Source: Lama guanicoe (Eukaryota). From it: a stretch of DNA of 64,000 nucleotides. Below the pieces are notes generated by a model. The model was not told the DNA's origin. It searched no databases and was given only the letters and a program-made list of their open reading frames with translations. The DNA lies in NCBI GenBank assembly GCA_013239625.1, contig MU053482.1:3557922-3621921 (forward strand), in the 5' to 3' direction. The translations under genes and the position numbers were made by a program. This document shows, in pieces, positions 51,789-64,000 of the stretch; within the stretch, counting starts at the first letter, position 1, and each line of letters starts with the position of its first letter.

Positions 51789-52574
51789 CCCTGACCCATG
51801 CTGGGTCCCGTTTTCAGGAGCCACCAACCGTGGAGAGAGCTGGCTAGAGTTTGCAGCAACAAGGGCTAAAATAGGCGAGTAGAAGGCATTTGAATTTGTA
51901 TTTCCTCCTGCTCTCTGGCTCTGTTTACAAAGTCAGAGGTGACCTAAGAGATTTTGCATCTAATTTGGGCCGTACAGTAAACACAGCCATCCCAGAAGGG
52001 AGAAGAGAGCTTCAAATGCCTCAAAGCCATAGCCAATGGAGGACACTCCATTGGGAGCAGACTTCTATTTGTCAACCATTTATTGAGCAGCTACTCGGAG
52101 CCAGGCACTATCCTAGGAGCATTACCGACATCACCTAATTTAATCCTCACGATGGCCTCTGACACAGGCATTAATATTCACACTTTATAGATGAGAGAAC
52201 TGCTTCAGAGAGTAGAAGCCACTTGCTCAAACCATACAAAGAACCAAGCATTTGAATCCAGATCTTCCTGATTTGGAGGCCACTGTATTACACAGCCTGG
52301 CTTGGCCGGGTAGGGCAGGAGGAAGTGATGGTGTCTCCTGACTTTCGGCCTCATGGCTTACCTTGGGCCCTTCAATAGTTCTTTTGACCCTCAGTACGGG
52401 GCTTCCTCACTTGAGGACAGCCCTCCCTGGGCCCGTCAGGCCTGCTAATTTTGGAGATTCTGGAGGCTCACCCAGGGTGGATCTCAGGTGCCTTGTGCAG
52501 TGCTCACCCCCAGCAACCTTGTGTTGCTTCCCTAAAGCCAGACTTACCCCTTCGGTCTGAAGGCTTTGCTGGGA

Positions 52575-52965
52575 TTGACCTCAGTCAACATAATCTCATC
52601 CATCTTACCACAGTGATTGGCCTAGAGATAGACAATAGATCCAGCCTAAGCCAATGAGCACATGGCAGTGTTCTGGGACTCAGAGGCTCTCTCTTGCTCT
52701 GGGTGGTGGAGTGTGCAGATGTGAGACCTGGTGCTGCAGACACCATTTTGCTTCCATGAGCAAGGCCAGGTTGAGGATAAAACTGACATACCCAGAAGAG
52801 AGCAGAGCCAGGAGACCTGCAGAGAAATGGAGCTGGAGCCCTGATCAAAGCTCACCTGTAGCCAGAACGCTCTCTGAACTAGCGAGTTACACAAACAACT
52901 AAATCTCTTAGTGTTTAAGTCAGTTTGGGTTGGATTTACTTATAACTACTAACTTGTAACTACTT
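52575..52965 (+). mobile_element. Old MaLR LTR (MLT1J/K/L-like)
   Basis: CACAGTGATTGG...GCCAATGAG...CCATTTTG...GTTTAAGTCAGTTTGGGTTGG...ACTTGTAAC; boundaries approximate. Confidence 0.6.
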
Positions 52966-54027
52966 GTTAGTACAGACTACTTGTAACTACCCACTACTGT
53001 TACTTGTAACCACTAATCACTCTTCCATGTTTCTTGCCAGTCAAGAGGTTTAGGACCATAATCTGTTCAACAGACCTGAGCCAATGGGTCCAGCTCCTAG
53101 GCTTCCTCTTAGGAAAGGGGACCAGTCATGTCAGGTCCCTATGTGGAGAGGCAGGAGAGCAAGGTAGAAACAGCACAGGCTTCGAAACCAGATACCTGGA
53201 TTTGACTGCCTGCTCTGCCGCTCACTGTGACTCACGGCTTCACCACCTGGTTTCCTCATCAAAGGAACAGAGATAAGAATCAGGATTCTTCCTATCAGGA
53301 TTATTCCAAGGATGAAAAGCAAGAGCACTCAGCATGGAGTAGGTCCTCACAGAGGCCACCTGCATGTTGGGCTGCAGCCCAGAAGCTTGGCCAGGGTCCA
53401 GAGGGCTCTGCCTGGCCTCTTCCCACCCCTAAACTCCTTGAGGTGTCCTGCCCTAGTTGAGTGGGGATTCGAAGAACCAACAACCAGCCTGGTTCTGCAA
53501 CCTCAGAGATTCCCTGAAAGAGCTGCTCTGGGGGCAGCAGATGAAAACCACCAGAGGCAGGAGTCATCCTCAGACCCTGCCCTCAGCCACAGTCAGGGGG
53601 CTGCTGGGATCCACACAGGGGAGATGGAGGACTGTCATTTACTGAGTACCTACTACATCCTGGGTCTTGTGTGAGGTGCTGTCTGCTGGAGGCCTCAGGA
53701 GGAGGAGTCAGAAAGCCCTGCCCCCACCGATGATACCAGCCGCTCTTCCCGTCCCACAGAAAGAGCTCCGCGTGGGGAGGCTCAGACCTGGCCATCAGCC
53801 ACTGCTCTGACAGATGCCCCTGGCCAACACACACCTCTGACTGAGCTCCCCGAGGCAGGCAATAGATCTGATTTAATCACAGCTACCCAGAAGATTCATC
53901 AAAAAATGACTTGTATTTAAAGAACTGGAGAACTTCAGCTCCGAGGTTAGTCATTATGACCACCATCTTGACTTAGGTCATTCTCTGCAGTGGAAAGGTA
54001 GCCCCATACAGCTATGAAACAGTTGGG

Positions 54028-54041
54028 GTGCCCTCTGCTGG
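54028..54041 (-). promoter_or_regulatory. Candidate CTCF site
   Basis: Minus strand CCAGCAGAGGGCAC, full match to the CCASYAGRKGGCRS core; motif only. Confidence 0.5.
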
Positions 54042-57000
54042 CCGGCTCAAGAAATCTCATCTCAAGTAGACTATCCATGAACTAATCCATTCATTCCTTC
54101 ACCATGAAAACTCACACCTACTCTATCAGACTCTGGGCTGGGCGCTAGTGACATAAAGATGACGCAGATGTGGTCTTGGCCCTCAAAGAGCACGCAGTCC
54201 ACTGGTAGGAGGCAGATGGAAAACAAGATAAGAGGGTAAACACGTTGAAAGTGAGAAGCTGCAGGACCCCAGAAAAGGGTCCCTAACTGTGGAAATTGGG
54301 ACAGGTGGGATATAGTTATAGGGAATATTCCACATTAGAATGATGTTTGGGCTGAGTTACGAACACTGAAACGCTGATTGAATTTCTCTGAACAGAAGAG
54401 TTGCAGGCCTAGTGGAGGAGATAAGGCAGGAAGGGGGAAGCCCTACTGGACAGACTTAACCTGGCTCCCGGGAATGAGTGCTGTGTCTCCCAGCTCAAAG
54501 GTGAGCTCTGTGACTATTTTCTATCATCTTTACTTGGATTTCTGTAGCAGTGACAACAGTGGTGCTGGGCAAAGTATACAGTAGTCGGGTACCATAACAA
54601 AAGAGGGTTTTGAGGGTAACAAAAGAGTATTTACAAAATCCAGTTCTACCAGCAAAGTTGGCTACACCTCCCAAGAAAACTCTAAAAATGATGTGTAATG
54701 TATGTGCAGGTCCAGGCTGTCTTTATAGGTGTATGGTTTCCAGAATATGGGAGGTGACAGTTCTACTTTTCTTTTTTTATGTCTTAACCTACACGAAGTG
54801 TATTGTGTTCTGCATGCTAGGAGGGATTTCAGATAAACTGAGGCATGTTCCAAAAAGGGAAAGCAGGACAAGAACTATGTTAAAAAAAAAAAACAAAAAA
54901 ACTAAAGGCCTTTAGCCTGCAAAGGGGAAGGTGCAGGAAGAAATAAAATCTCTTTGCTGATACTTGAAAGCCATTCATGTAATTCTATTGTCCCCAAAGG
55001 GTAGAGTCACGGCCAATGACTGAAATGTCAGATCAATGCAAGGGAAAACTTTATAGTGGCTGGAACCATCTGAAAATGAAATGGGCTCTTCTTTAAGGTA
55101 GTGAGTTCTCCATTCCTGGGAGAGTTTCAGCAAAGGCTGAAGCAAGGCTCATAGGATTCCTAACCCACCTCCGGGACCTTTTCCAACCCTGGGAGTCTCT
55201 GAAATCCCAAATTCTTCCGAGTCACAATAAACCACAGATGTGAAGGTCCCATCCCATGGATTCTAGGATCATGGTATTACAAAGTCGCATCAGAAATATC
55301 TCTACTTCCTTTCCTTCACCTCCTGCTCCTCAAGAAAGACCTTCAGTCAGTCCTGGGTCAGAAAGTAAAGTAAAACAGGACTGAGTTAATTCAGACAAGC
55401 ACTAAGAGGTGTCAGCTGCTGCAGGATAAAGCAGAGTGGAGGCTGGCTGAGGTCCCACACTTGACAGGATGGAACCCTGAGCCCCTTGGGGGTGCTCCGC
55501 CTGCCGAGGCCATTCCCACGCTGCTCCAGCCTCGTTGCTTTCTCTCCCATCCATTATTATAAACTCCCTGCTTAAAATAGCAAGGTAAAAGCAGAGGCCC
55601 TCCCCCAGGGTGACATCTGGGTTCCGCTGGAGCTCTTGGGCACGTGGACCTCACATCCAACACAGCAAAGTTTAGAATATAATCTCCAGGAAGTGGTGAT
55701 CTAGAGCCCCGACCCAAAAAAGGAAAAAATATTTAGTAATGTTTGGTCTCCAAGTCATTCCTTCTTTAACCCATTTTCAGGGCCCCTCTCGCTGCCTCTC
55801 CGGCCTGGTCAGTAAAGGGTTAGGTGAGTCATTGCCAAGAGCCTTCAGCTCTTTGGACTCTATTCTTTCTGCTCCCAGCCAGTGCTCACATATATAGCTT
55901 GCCCATTTTACAAGAAGGAAAACTGAGGTGCAAAGAAGTGAAGCAACTTGACTGGTCCAGTTACCTTTGTATCTGGAGAAAATTATCTAAGCCTCTGCTG
56001 GGATAACTATCCAATCATTCGGATAACCAAAAAGCCCAGAAGTCTCTAAACTATATTTAAATATTTTTATTTGCCCCTGGCTATTCATTAAGGAAAGCCA
56101 ACTAAGATACTTTTATTCATTTTTATTCATCAGATATGTCTAGGTTGCCTACTGAGTATAAGACCCTATACTGGGTGCATTTCAGGTGCTATCTTGTTTA
56201 TTATTTCCATTTTATATATTAAGGCACTAAGGATCAGAGAGGTGCAGCAACTTGCTTGAGATCACACAGCTAATAAGTGGCAGGCCAAGGATTATAACCC
56301 AGGCTAGTTGGATTCCAAGGCCCCTCCTCTTTGCTATCTACTCGGCCTCATCCACCAGGAGTTCTGCTAGAGTGTAGCAGCCGAACCCAACATGGCGACC
56401 CTGCTCCACAGAGGAGAGTTGGGGTGCATTCACAGTGGGGATAAAGATAGTGGTGGGGCAGGGGAGAGGAAGTAGCACATTGTCAGGCCAGAGGTCTTAT
56501 GAGGACAAAAGAGTGGGCCCACCATTAGAGGCTGCACTACCCATGCTGTGTGGGGTGGCAAACGTACCCATTTGCCCACCCATCGGTCTGTCGGTCCGTG
56601 CATTCATCCACTTGCCTTCTGACTCTTCTGTTCTTACAACTGTCCATTAGTTTGCCTGTCTAACCTTTCACCCCAGAGAAGCCCACACTTGTTAGGTGAG
56701 CCGCACAAGCTCTACCCGTGCGGGACACCTGCAGACTGTGGGGAGAGGGCAGGACGGGCTTCTTTGTCAGAGTGGCCATACAAACACAGGTATGGCCCTC
56801 CGCAACTGATGGAGCACCTCCACCCCACATACCTCGGCCACAGGAGGGAGGTGGGGGGCTTCCTGTGGGGCTGCCTGTGTTCCAGTAGACATGGTGGCCA
56901 TCATTAAGAGTTATGATTTTGCAAGACACTTTCCAGAGACCATCCCTTAAGTGCTCTCAGCAACCCTTGAGGTGGGTAACATAAGTATTATTAACATTAT

Positions 57001-58553
57001 GATTAGCCCCATTTTACAGATGAGGAAACAGAGGCTCAAAGACCTGCCCAAAGTCACGTCGCTCATGAGTGGCAGTGCTGGAAATCAACCACAGGTCTGT
57101 CTGACTCTTCAGCTCCTCGAAGGGCCAAGCTCACTGGCTCATGGGCAGCATTCTTGGCAAGCAGTGGCCTCTTACGATGGCCCCAAGGATGCCTCTCCTA
57201 GAGCCTCTTAATCAGTCCAGAGGAGACGAAACCCCTCTCTGAATCCACAGTGTCCGAGGAGCACAGCCTACAAACTGACTGGTTCTCATTTTCTCTCTGT
57301 TAATCTTTGGGTGTCGGAAGAGCCAGAGGCCCTTCTGGGAAATAATGGGTTAACCCAGACTCCACTGACCTTTCTGGAATGACTCAGAATTCTCAGAAGG
57401 GAGTTTTTTTGTTCTTCCAGTTTTGGATTTTTGCTTTCATTTTAGCAGCACAAAGTATTTGAAAGAGATTAGGTTGCTATTAATACCACTGTTCTATCTC
57501 TAGATGAAGAATTCGATGGAGGGGTTGGTTTGGGGTGAGTGCACACACATCTCTCTCAGTCCCTCGGCAAATTCAGAGGATGACAGAGAGGCCACTGGAG
57601 AATATCCAGTCCTACCCCTGCTCCCAGCCTGCAGGCCCAAACTGGGGCAGAGACTGACCAAAGCCACACCTGTGAGTGAGGAGCATTCAGAGAAGGTCCC
57701 AGGACCCCTGCCCCCCAACTCCCACTACCTTCTGGTCTCTTATTTTGAAGGATTTGCTTGAGTCAATAATAAGCCAATGTGTCCATGATGTGCAAGCAGG
57801 CGTCCCTTGGCAGCGCCTCCCACCTCCTGCCTTCCCTCCTCCAGTGGTCACTCTCTTGGGCAAGTGAAGATATCCCAACTCCCTGTGTTTGCCCCAGGCA
57901 GCCCTGGACACACTTGGAAAATCTCCTTGGACATCAGAGATCACCTCAAAATGCTGAGAGGTGCCTCTGTGGGGCCCTGGGCCTGGCCAATGGCAGAACT
58001 GGGTCCTGCCCCACAACAAGTGAGCCCAAGTTGGTAGCCCCATCCTGCTTCCTAACCTCGGGATGCTGCGAGAGGGCTTTGGACCTTGGCAGACTGGGTT
58101 CTAACTCTCCCTCTGCATCTTTCTTGCTGCATTAGTCTCTTCCTAACCTCAGTTTTCTCATCTGTAAAATGGAGGTAACAATACCTACATTTTTAAACTG
58201 TTGTAAGGATTAAATTAGGGAATAGACACAGGGTGCCGGCCCAGAGTATACACTCGATGAGTTCCTTTCCCAGTCTCTGAATCAGGCAGCTGAGTTCTCT
58301 GAGTCACGGCATCATTAAAACCCAACCAAGGCCCAGAGGGTCTGGTGTTCATCCTGGGTGGCAGAGTTCCTGGCTTTGTCTCTTACAAATAAGGGCTTGG
58401 CCAGGGCTTCTCTCCATACTGACAAATGGATAAAAGACCATCAGACATGATTGGAACTAAACCCACCAAGGGCCACGCGCTCTGGTGCTGCTGATATTCA
58501 CTCTGCTGGTGGGCATCAGTGGCTGTGGCAATGGGTTTAGAGAGGGGACAGCA

Positions 58554-58650
58554 CTGTGGTGCTCTGTGCTGTAGGCATCCTTCCTTAGTGCTGTGGTCAG
58601 TCACAGGCCTGTGCTGTGGTCATCCTAGCTCTGTGTTGTGGTCAGTCCTG
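58554..58650. repeat. Degenerate tandem repeat, unit about 23 bp (TGTGCTGTGGTCA...), about 4 copies
   Basis: Recurring (T/A)GTG(C/T)TGT(G/A)G..CA blocks read directly. Confidence 0.6.
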
Positions 58651-60730
58651 AGTCTGTCTGGTTCCAAAGCCTCCAACCTTTCTGCCAGCCCTGTGCTGAC
58701 TCCCAAAGGACAGAGGCTTTAATTCTGTGAGTGAAAAATGAAACCTAGCTTGAGAACTTCATTGAGCAGGTGCCTGGGCTGTACTGGGTAAAGGGGAGAA
58801 TGAAGGCTTGAAAGGGGCCCAGCTCTCAGCATGTCAGTGGGAGCCCCAAGTTTCCATCCTGAAAGCAGACTTGGATCCAAAGGAGGAGTGGAAAACAGGG
58901 TGGGGTATAGAAGGGTGGGAGGAAGAGGCCTTGAGGGCAACAGAGAGGGGAGGACAAGGCACTGGAAGGGACTCCCTCCATGACTTCCCACCCCCAACAC
59001 AACCCTTCTGGCCCAGGCGCTGGGAGCATACAGCTGCAGCCTGGCGGTGCCTCAGCAAGGCCAGCTCCGAGGACTCCCAACACTCCCTGGGGTCTGCACC
59101 CTCTGGCCATGCTCTCCAGTCCTCCGGCTCTCTGACAGGCTCTGCTGGCTGGGGATGCCTTCCTCCCCTGATTCTGAACCCATTCTAGGCCAAAGAGGAA
59201 GCCAGCCTTTGCGGAGACCGGTGCCAGGCCACATGCAGGAGGAGAGGCCAGGCTAGCCCCCAGAGAAGGGGCATGTGAGTGGGCACAGTGCTCAGCTGGT
59301 AGGGGGCTGGGGCCACACAAGATAGATGGCATGTCTGCAATAGTAACAGACTCCTCACTTCCCACATATCTCCTGCCCCTAACTGCCCTTCCCCTCAGGC
59401 AAACACGAGGCCTTTCTGTGCTCAATGCCTGGGGAGGGGGCGGAGATGTGCTGGGGGGGGCAGTTGTAGCAGCTGATGTAGAGAAAAGGGATTCTATCTC
59501 TGCCTTATATGTGGCCAACTGCTAGTCTAAGGGAAATGGCAAGGGCTGAAGGCACAGAAAAAAGATTTGGGGGAAAACATCCTACATAAGGGTAATTCTC
59601 CCCCCAGCCAAGACTAATAAGAGATTATGGGGTGAGGGAGCGACAGGAATGCTGGTGTGAAAGCAGTGTGGGTAGGCTCTGGCAAGTCCCTGAGGAAGGG
59701 GCCTGTGCCTTGCTTCCCCAGGGAGGTGGAGAAAGATCCTAACTCTGAGAGCAGGGAGGTCTTGGGCCCCATTTCCCAGACAGAACCCAGAGGAGAAGAC
59801 CCCAAAGAGAAGAAATGGCTACTTGGTATGACTTGACAGATGAGGCCTTCAGACATCCTCACAGGGTTCCTCACATCCCCCAGGGGCGAGGTGGCGGGGC
59901 ACGTGGTGGAGAACACAGTAATTTCGGCACACCTAGTAGCAGAGAGTTTCCGGACTGAAGGTGCCTGAGAGGGCGGATTCAGAGGTTATCTACTAAGCAA
60001 GGACTGACAGAACCACAAGGGACATCTTGTCAGGTGATGGGTACCCTCCTCACCCCAAATCTCTGGCACTCGGTAAGCCCTGTGGATCTTTGATGGCACT
60101 CTGGAAGAGCAGAAGGGTTGGAGAAACCCTGAAATGCCTGGGATCCTGGTTCTACCACCCCTGAAAAATGGTCAAGCCAGACCTCCATCCACCCAGCCCC
60201 GAACCCCCACCCTCAGTCCCAGCCCCAGCCGTGACAGGAAGCAAGCAGAACATCTCCCCAGCTTTCCTTTCCAGCTTGTTCACTTTACCAATTCTTCTTT
60301 TAAAAATAAGTCCACTTGAAAAAATTTTTTTCTTCTTGGAAGTATGTGCAATTGCTTAATCGGAGGCAGTTCAAAGGCACCAGGAACAGCAGAAAAGTAT
60401 CTGAGCCTCCCACTTAGCTCCCAGGAGAAATCAGTCTTGCCCGGTCCCCTTTGTTCCAGGCTGCCCAGCAGCCTCTTCCCTGAGTCACCCACTCCCTGGT
60501 GACATGAGTCATCGTTCTGGGTCAAGGACCACACGGTGTGCCCAGGTCCCCGAGGCTGACGAGGGCACCAAGGGGCCATCAGGGAGGAATGGAGGACCCG
60601 GAGCTGCCTCCTAGGTCCTGCAGCTGGCTCTGCCCTCCTCAGGTGTGTGACCTCAGGGAGCCACTGACCCTGTTTGGGGAAGGAGGTGGCTTTCTAGGCC
60701 CTTCCATGTGGTACTTTGTGGTAACTTCTC

Positions 60731-61147
60731 CAGTAGTGTTCTGGTATCTGCTGATACAGGCTCACAGGAGCCAAACATAAAATTGTCCAGTATTTTGTGA
60801 ATTTGTTGTTAAACAGAGACGTTACTAAAAATTAAATCACAATTAAATTATATTAAAAACAAAGGAAATGAATGCCTGCAATAACCATATTCTAATTGTT
60901 TTACTATATTATACTATTTTCTCTGCTCCTGAGATGATTTATTTCTAGCGTATGTGTACGCAGGGAGCACTAGCTAATGATGTGCTACTGTGTACCGCTT
61001 CCCATCTCCGTGTTCTGTGATGTCGATTTAGTAGCTTAAACTTAGTCATGATGGGAGGATTTATACCACAGGAATCAGCAAATGTTATGTAGCAAAGTCT
61101 CTTTTCCCCAGACAGCTGGCTGTTAAACATTTACCAGCACACCACCG
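60731..61147. mobile_element. MER63-like hAT element with terminal inverted repeats
   Basis: TIRs CAGTAGTGTTCTGGTA and TACCAGCACACCACCG (13/16 complementary). Confidence 0.7.
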
Positions 61148-61850
61148 AGCCCGTCAGTCCCACGTTCCCTGCTCCTCGCCTCTGCCAGGGAGCAGAAGGA
61201 ATGCAGATGACTTGAACATCACCCCAGACAATGGGGCTGTGGCGATGTGATTGCCATCTTGCAACTGCCTGGTAAACGTATTCAAGCTAAAAACCCAGCA
61301 GTCATCATGACGCCACCTCCTCCATCACTTCCCACATTCAGTTAGTCTGCGAGTCCCGTCAATCCTCGTTCAGATGTCCTGAATCACTTCCCGCCTTCCC
61401 GTGGCCACCATCCCCGCCGCGGCTCTGTGTGACCTGAGTCACTGCAACAGCTCCGTTGGTCTCCTCATCTCTGCTCTGGCCCCTTCCAACCACCCTCCAC
61501 AAGATGCCAGAGCAGTCTCTCTAAAATACAAATTGGATGGTCCTTCCCTCTCTTCTAATCTTTAAGAACTCCTTTTCCCCCTGAGACCGGTTTTAAGCCA
61601 CGATTCTGGCCCCTCTCCCTAGCCCCCTCTCTTATCTCAGCCTTCATACACCTTGGGCTACAACCACAATGGATCAACAGCCAACCTTCAACCATGCCCT
61701 GTTTTTTTACACTTTTTGCACAATCCCCCTCCTTATGTCTGAGCTGCCTTCCATCCCCACTTTGATGACCTCCTATTCATCCAGTTCAAATCTTCCCTCC
61801 TTCATAAACCCACTCCTTCTCTTAACCCTAGAAAAAAATTACTCCCTTCC

Positions 61851-62365
61851 TGTATTAGTTTCCTATGGCTGCTGTGACAAATTACTACTAACTTGGTCTC
61901 TTAAAAACAACATAGATTATTATCTTACTGTTCAGGGGGTCAGAAGTCCAAAAATCAGTCTCAGTGAGCTACAATCAGTATGAGAAGACTGTGTTCTTTC
62001 TGCAGGGTCGAGGGGAGGCTCCATCTTCTTGCTTTTCCAGGTTCTAGAGGCAGCGTACATGGCTGAGCTGGTGGCCCTTTCTCCATCTTCAAAGCTAGAA
62101 GTGTAGCATCTCTTCTCTTCTCTGACCTCTACTTCTAGTCTCACATTTCCTTCTTGTCTTTGTCCTGTCTCCTTCTTATAAAAACCCTTAGGATTACACT
62201 GGACCCACGCAGATAATGCAGGATGATCTCCAAATCTAAGGCTCCTGAATCTAATCAGATCTGCAAAGGTCCTTTTTCCATTTAAGGCAACATATTCATA
62301 GGTTCCAGGGATTAGGACAGAGACATCTTGGCGGGGAGCGGGGAAGGATTATTCACTTTACCACA
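61851..62365 (-). mobile_element. Solo MaLR LTR (MLT1-type) inserted in an L2 relic
   Basis: TGTATTAGTTTCCTATGGCTGCTGTGACAAATTAC...TTACCACA termini; 5-bp TSD CTTCC/CTTCT. Confidence 0.85.
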
Positions 62366-62646
62366 CTTCTCTGTTCTCCCAGAGCAATTTGCACAGACCT
62401 CAACTCAGCTAGAATTGGAGCACCTCAACAGCAGGGACTATACCTTATTTGTATTTTATGACTATTTTAATAAATATTCATATTTTTATGACCCACATCC
62501 AGTACAGGGTGAAACACAGAATGGCCACTCACTAAATATTGGTGGAATTAGTTAATGAATGAAAACATATCACTAATAAGCAGATGAAGAAGGCTTTGCT
62601 TTAACTGGCAACCAGCTTCTGTTAAAAAAAAAAAAAAGGATTCATG

Positions 62647-62943
62647 CAAAGATGGCAAATTCAAATCCTTCGGGCCAGGCAGGTGACAGTCATTATGGGG
62701 TGTGGCCGACCACAGAGCACAGGGGCAGTTACTACCCAATTTGGGAGTCATGAAAAAATACTAGTCTTCATTGGCTAGATCTCCCAATTTTTCAAGAAAA
62801 GCCAAAGTCCCAGATGTTTAAATATGAAATCCTCCAATTGATAAATGCTAAATAGAATTCAAAAAGTTAGAGAAACACCATGCAGGCCAAATAAACATAT
62901 CTCTGGTCAAGATTCAGTTTGCAGCTACCCGTTGCCACCTCTG
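62647..62943. mobile_element. MER102-like hAT-Charlie element
   Basis: TIRs CAAAGATGGCAA and TTGCCACCTCTG; internal GGCCAAATAAACATATCT. Confidence 0.55.
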
Positions 62944-64000
62944 ATTTATACCGTGAGAAAAATGCTCCCCAGGGCTTTTTCTGCTACTTGATCTGACTCA
63001 AATCAAGTCCAAAAAGTAGTGCCAACTACAAGCACTGAGAAGGCCAGTGAGCTAAGCAGAGACTGGCCCTCCCTAAAGACTGCTGAGTCCCTGTCCCATG
63101 TGTCCTCTGAGTGGCTTGTGATTCTACAGGTCTCTCCTTGCTGTCCAGACCCTGGAGTTGCTGCCTGGGGAGACAGCTCTTTGCCTGGCCTCAGATCTCC
63201 GTGGGAGGCCAAGCCCTGCTCTGTGCAAAAGTATCTCACCAGTCCAGTGGCCCTGCCTCTGGCAACATCATCCAACCAGACCCAGCCCAGGATTGGCAGC
63301 AAGCATGAGACGTGGCACAGTAAGAACAACGGGGATTCGGGAGTGAAACAAACCAGGTCCCATCAAGCGCTGACGATCAGTGACCCTTCACAAAGCAATG
63401 AACTTCTCTGAGATCAGGCTGTTATTTGTAAAACAGGGTTAAGATACTTCTCTTCAAGTGTTGCTTTGAGATTTAAATAAAACAGACATGTAAAGTATCC
63501 CGCACATAGTAAATACTTAAGAACTGTTCCTTTACCTCTGAGAAAGAGAAGATTGACCACACAAGTCACCTGTGCCTCATGCAACAGAGGACTTGACTCA
63601 CAACCTAGGCACCTTCCCTTCCCTGCTCTCATGGGCTTTGTTTTCTGGTCTTCCAGCCCACACAGCAGGTTAAAAGCAGCCAGAAGGGAAAACTGACTGC
63701 AAGGAAGGAAGCAGCCAGCCACACTTCAAAGAGCAAATACAAGCACTCAGCCCGGCACAGACCCTGGGGCCATTCTGTCAGGGCCTGTCTCCTTAGACAC
63801 CTTTCCCATTCCCTGCACTCAGCTCTGCTGGACGGCTGGCACGTTCACGCTGAGCATGAATGAAGCAGAGCTCCCATGCTGGCTCCTTGGGAAAGACTGG
63901 AGAGCAAGTTCCATTTTAGAACATTTCCATCCAAAGCGGTTAAAAGGCAGAAAGGTTTGACGTTTAGACATGTCATTTTTGTTCACAATATACTAACTGG

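Larger units (their letters stand above)
1..64000 (-). other. IRAG1: IRAG1/MRVI1 gene body (partial; 13 coding exons in window, continues beyond the left edge and probably the right edge)
   Basis: Spliced exons translate to a continuous protein matching recalled mammalian IRAG1 ([15 protein letters not shown]..., [46 protein letters not shown]...). All 12 junctions are GT-AG and phase-compatible. Confidence 0.96.

Noticed and set aside
58826..59518. Longest ORF in the track (230 aa, minus strand)
   Set aside because: Starts at TTG, low-complexity Pro/Ser/Ala/Leu content, no recognisable domain; expected by chance in GC-rich intron
1..64000. Novel multi-gene or prokaryote-type system
   Set aside because: The sequence is accounted for by one known spliced mammalian gene, common repeats and unremarkable intronic DNA; no operon, CRISPR array or foreign insert was seen

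Overview
Mammalian genomic DNA, most likely a camelid (tRNA-Ala-derived Vic-1-like SINE and camelid-type L1 3' ends; inferred, not verified). The whole window lies within the minus-strand gene IRAG1 (MRVI1; IP3-receptor-associated cGMP kinase substrate). I reconstructed 13 consecutive coding exons by hand (51788 down to 1794). All have GT-AG boundaries with matching phases and give 615 uninterrupted codons (616 with a NAGNAG Gln), from the N-terminus through the PKG-Ibeta-binding region into the coiled coil. The remaining 3' exons lie left of the window, and a distal first exon probably lies to the right. Introns contain a near full-length but inactivated L1 (about 15169-21294, antisense to the gene), nested L1 fragments with target-site duplications (TSDs), ERVL/MaLR LTRs, hAT-type MER elements, MIR/L2 relics and a 296-N assembly gap. 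Almost all ORFs in the supplied track are spurious apart from exon pieces and L1 fragments. I found no convincing undescribed biological system. The best leads are modest: an overlapping uORF on a dual-use N-terminal exon, a Leu-to-Ser change plus tandem cryptic donors in the PKG-binding exon, an L1 with an apparently foreign 3' end, and antisense splice donors in the L1 5'UTR. Repeat family names and human comparisons come from recollection of consensus sequences, not from searches.
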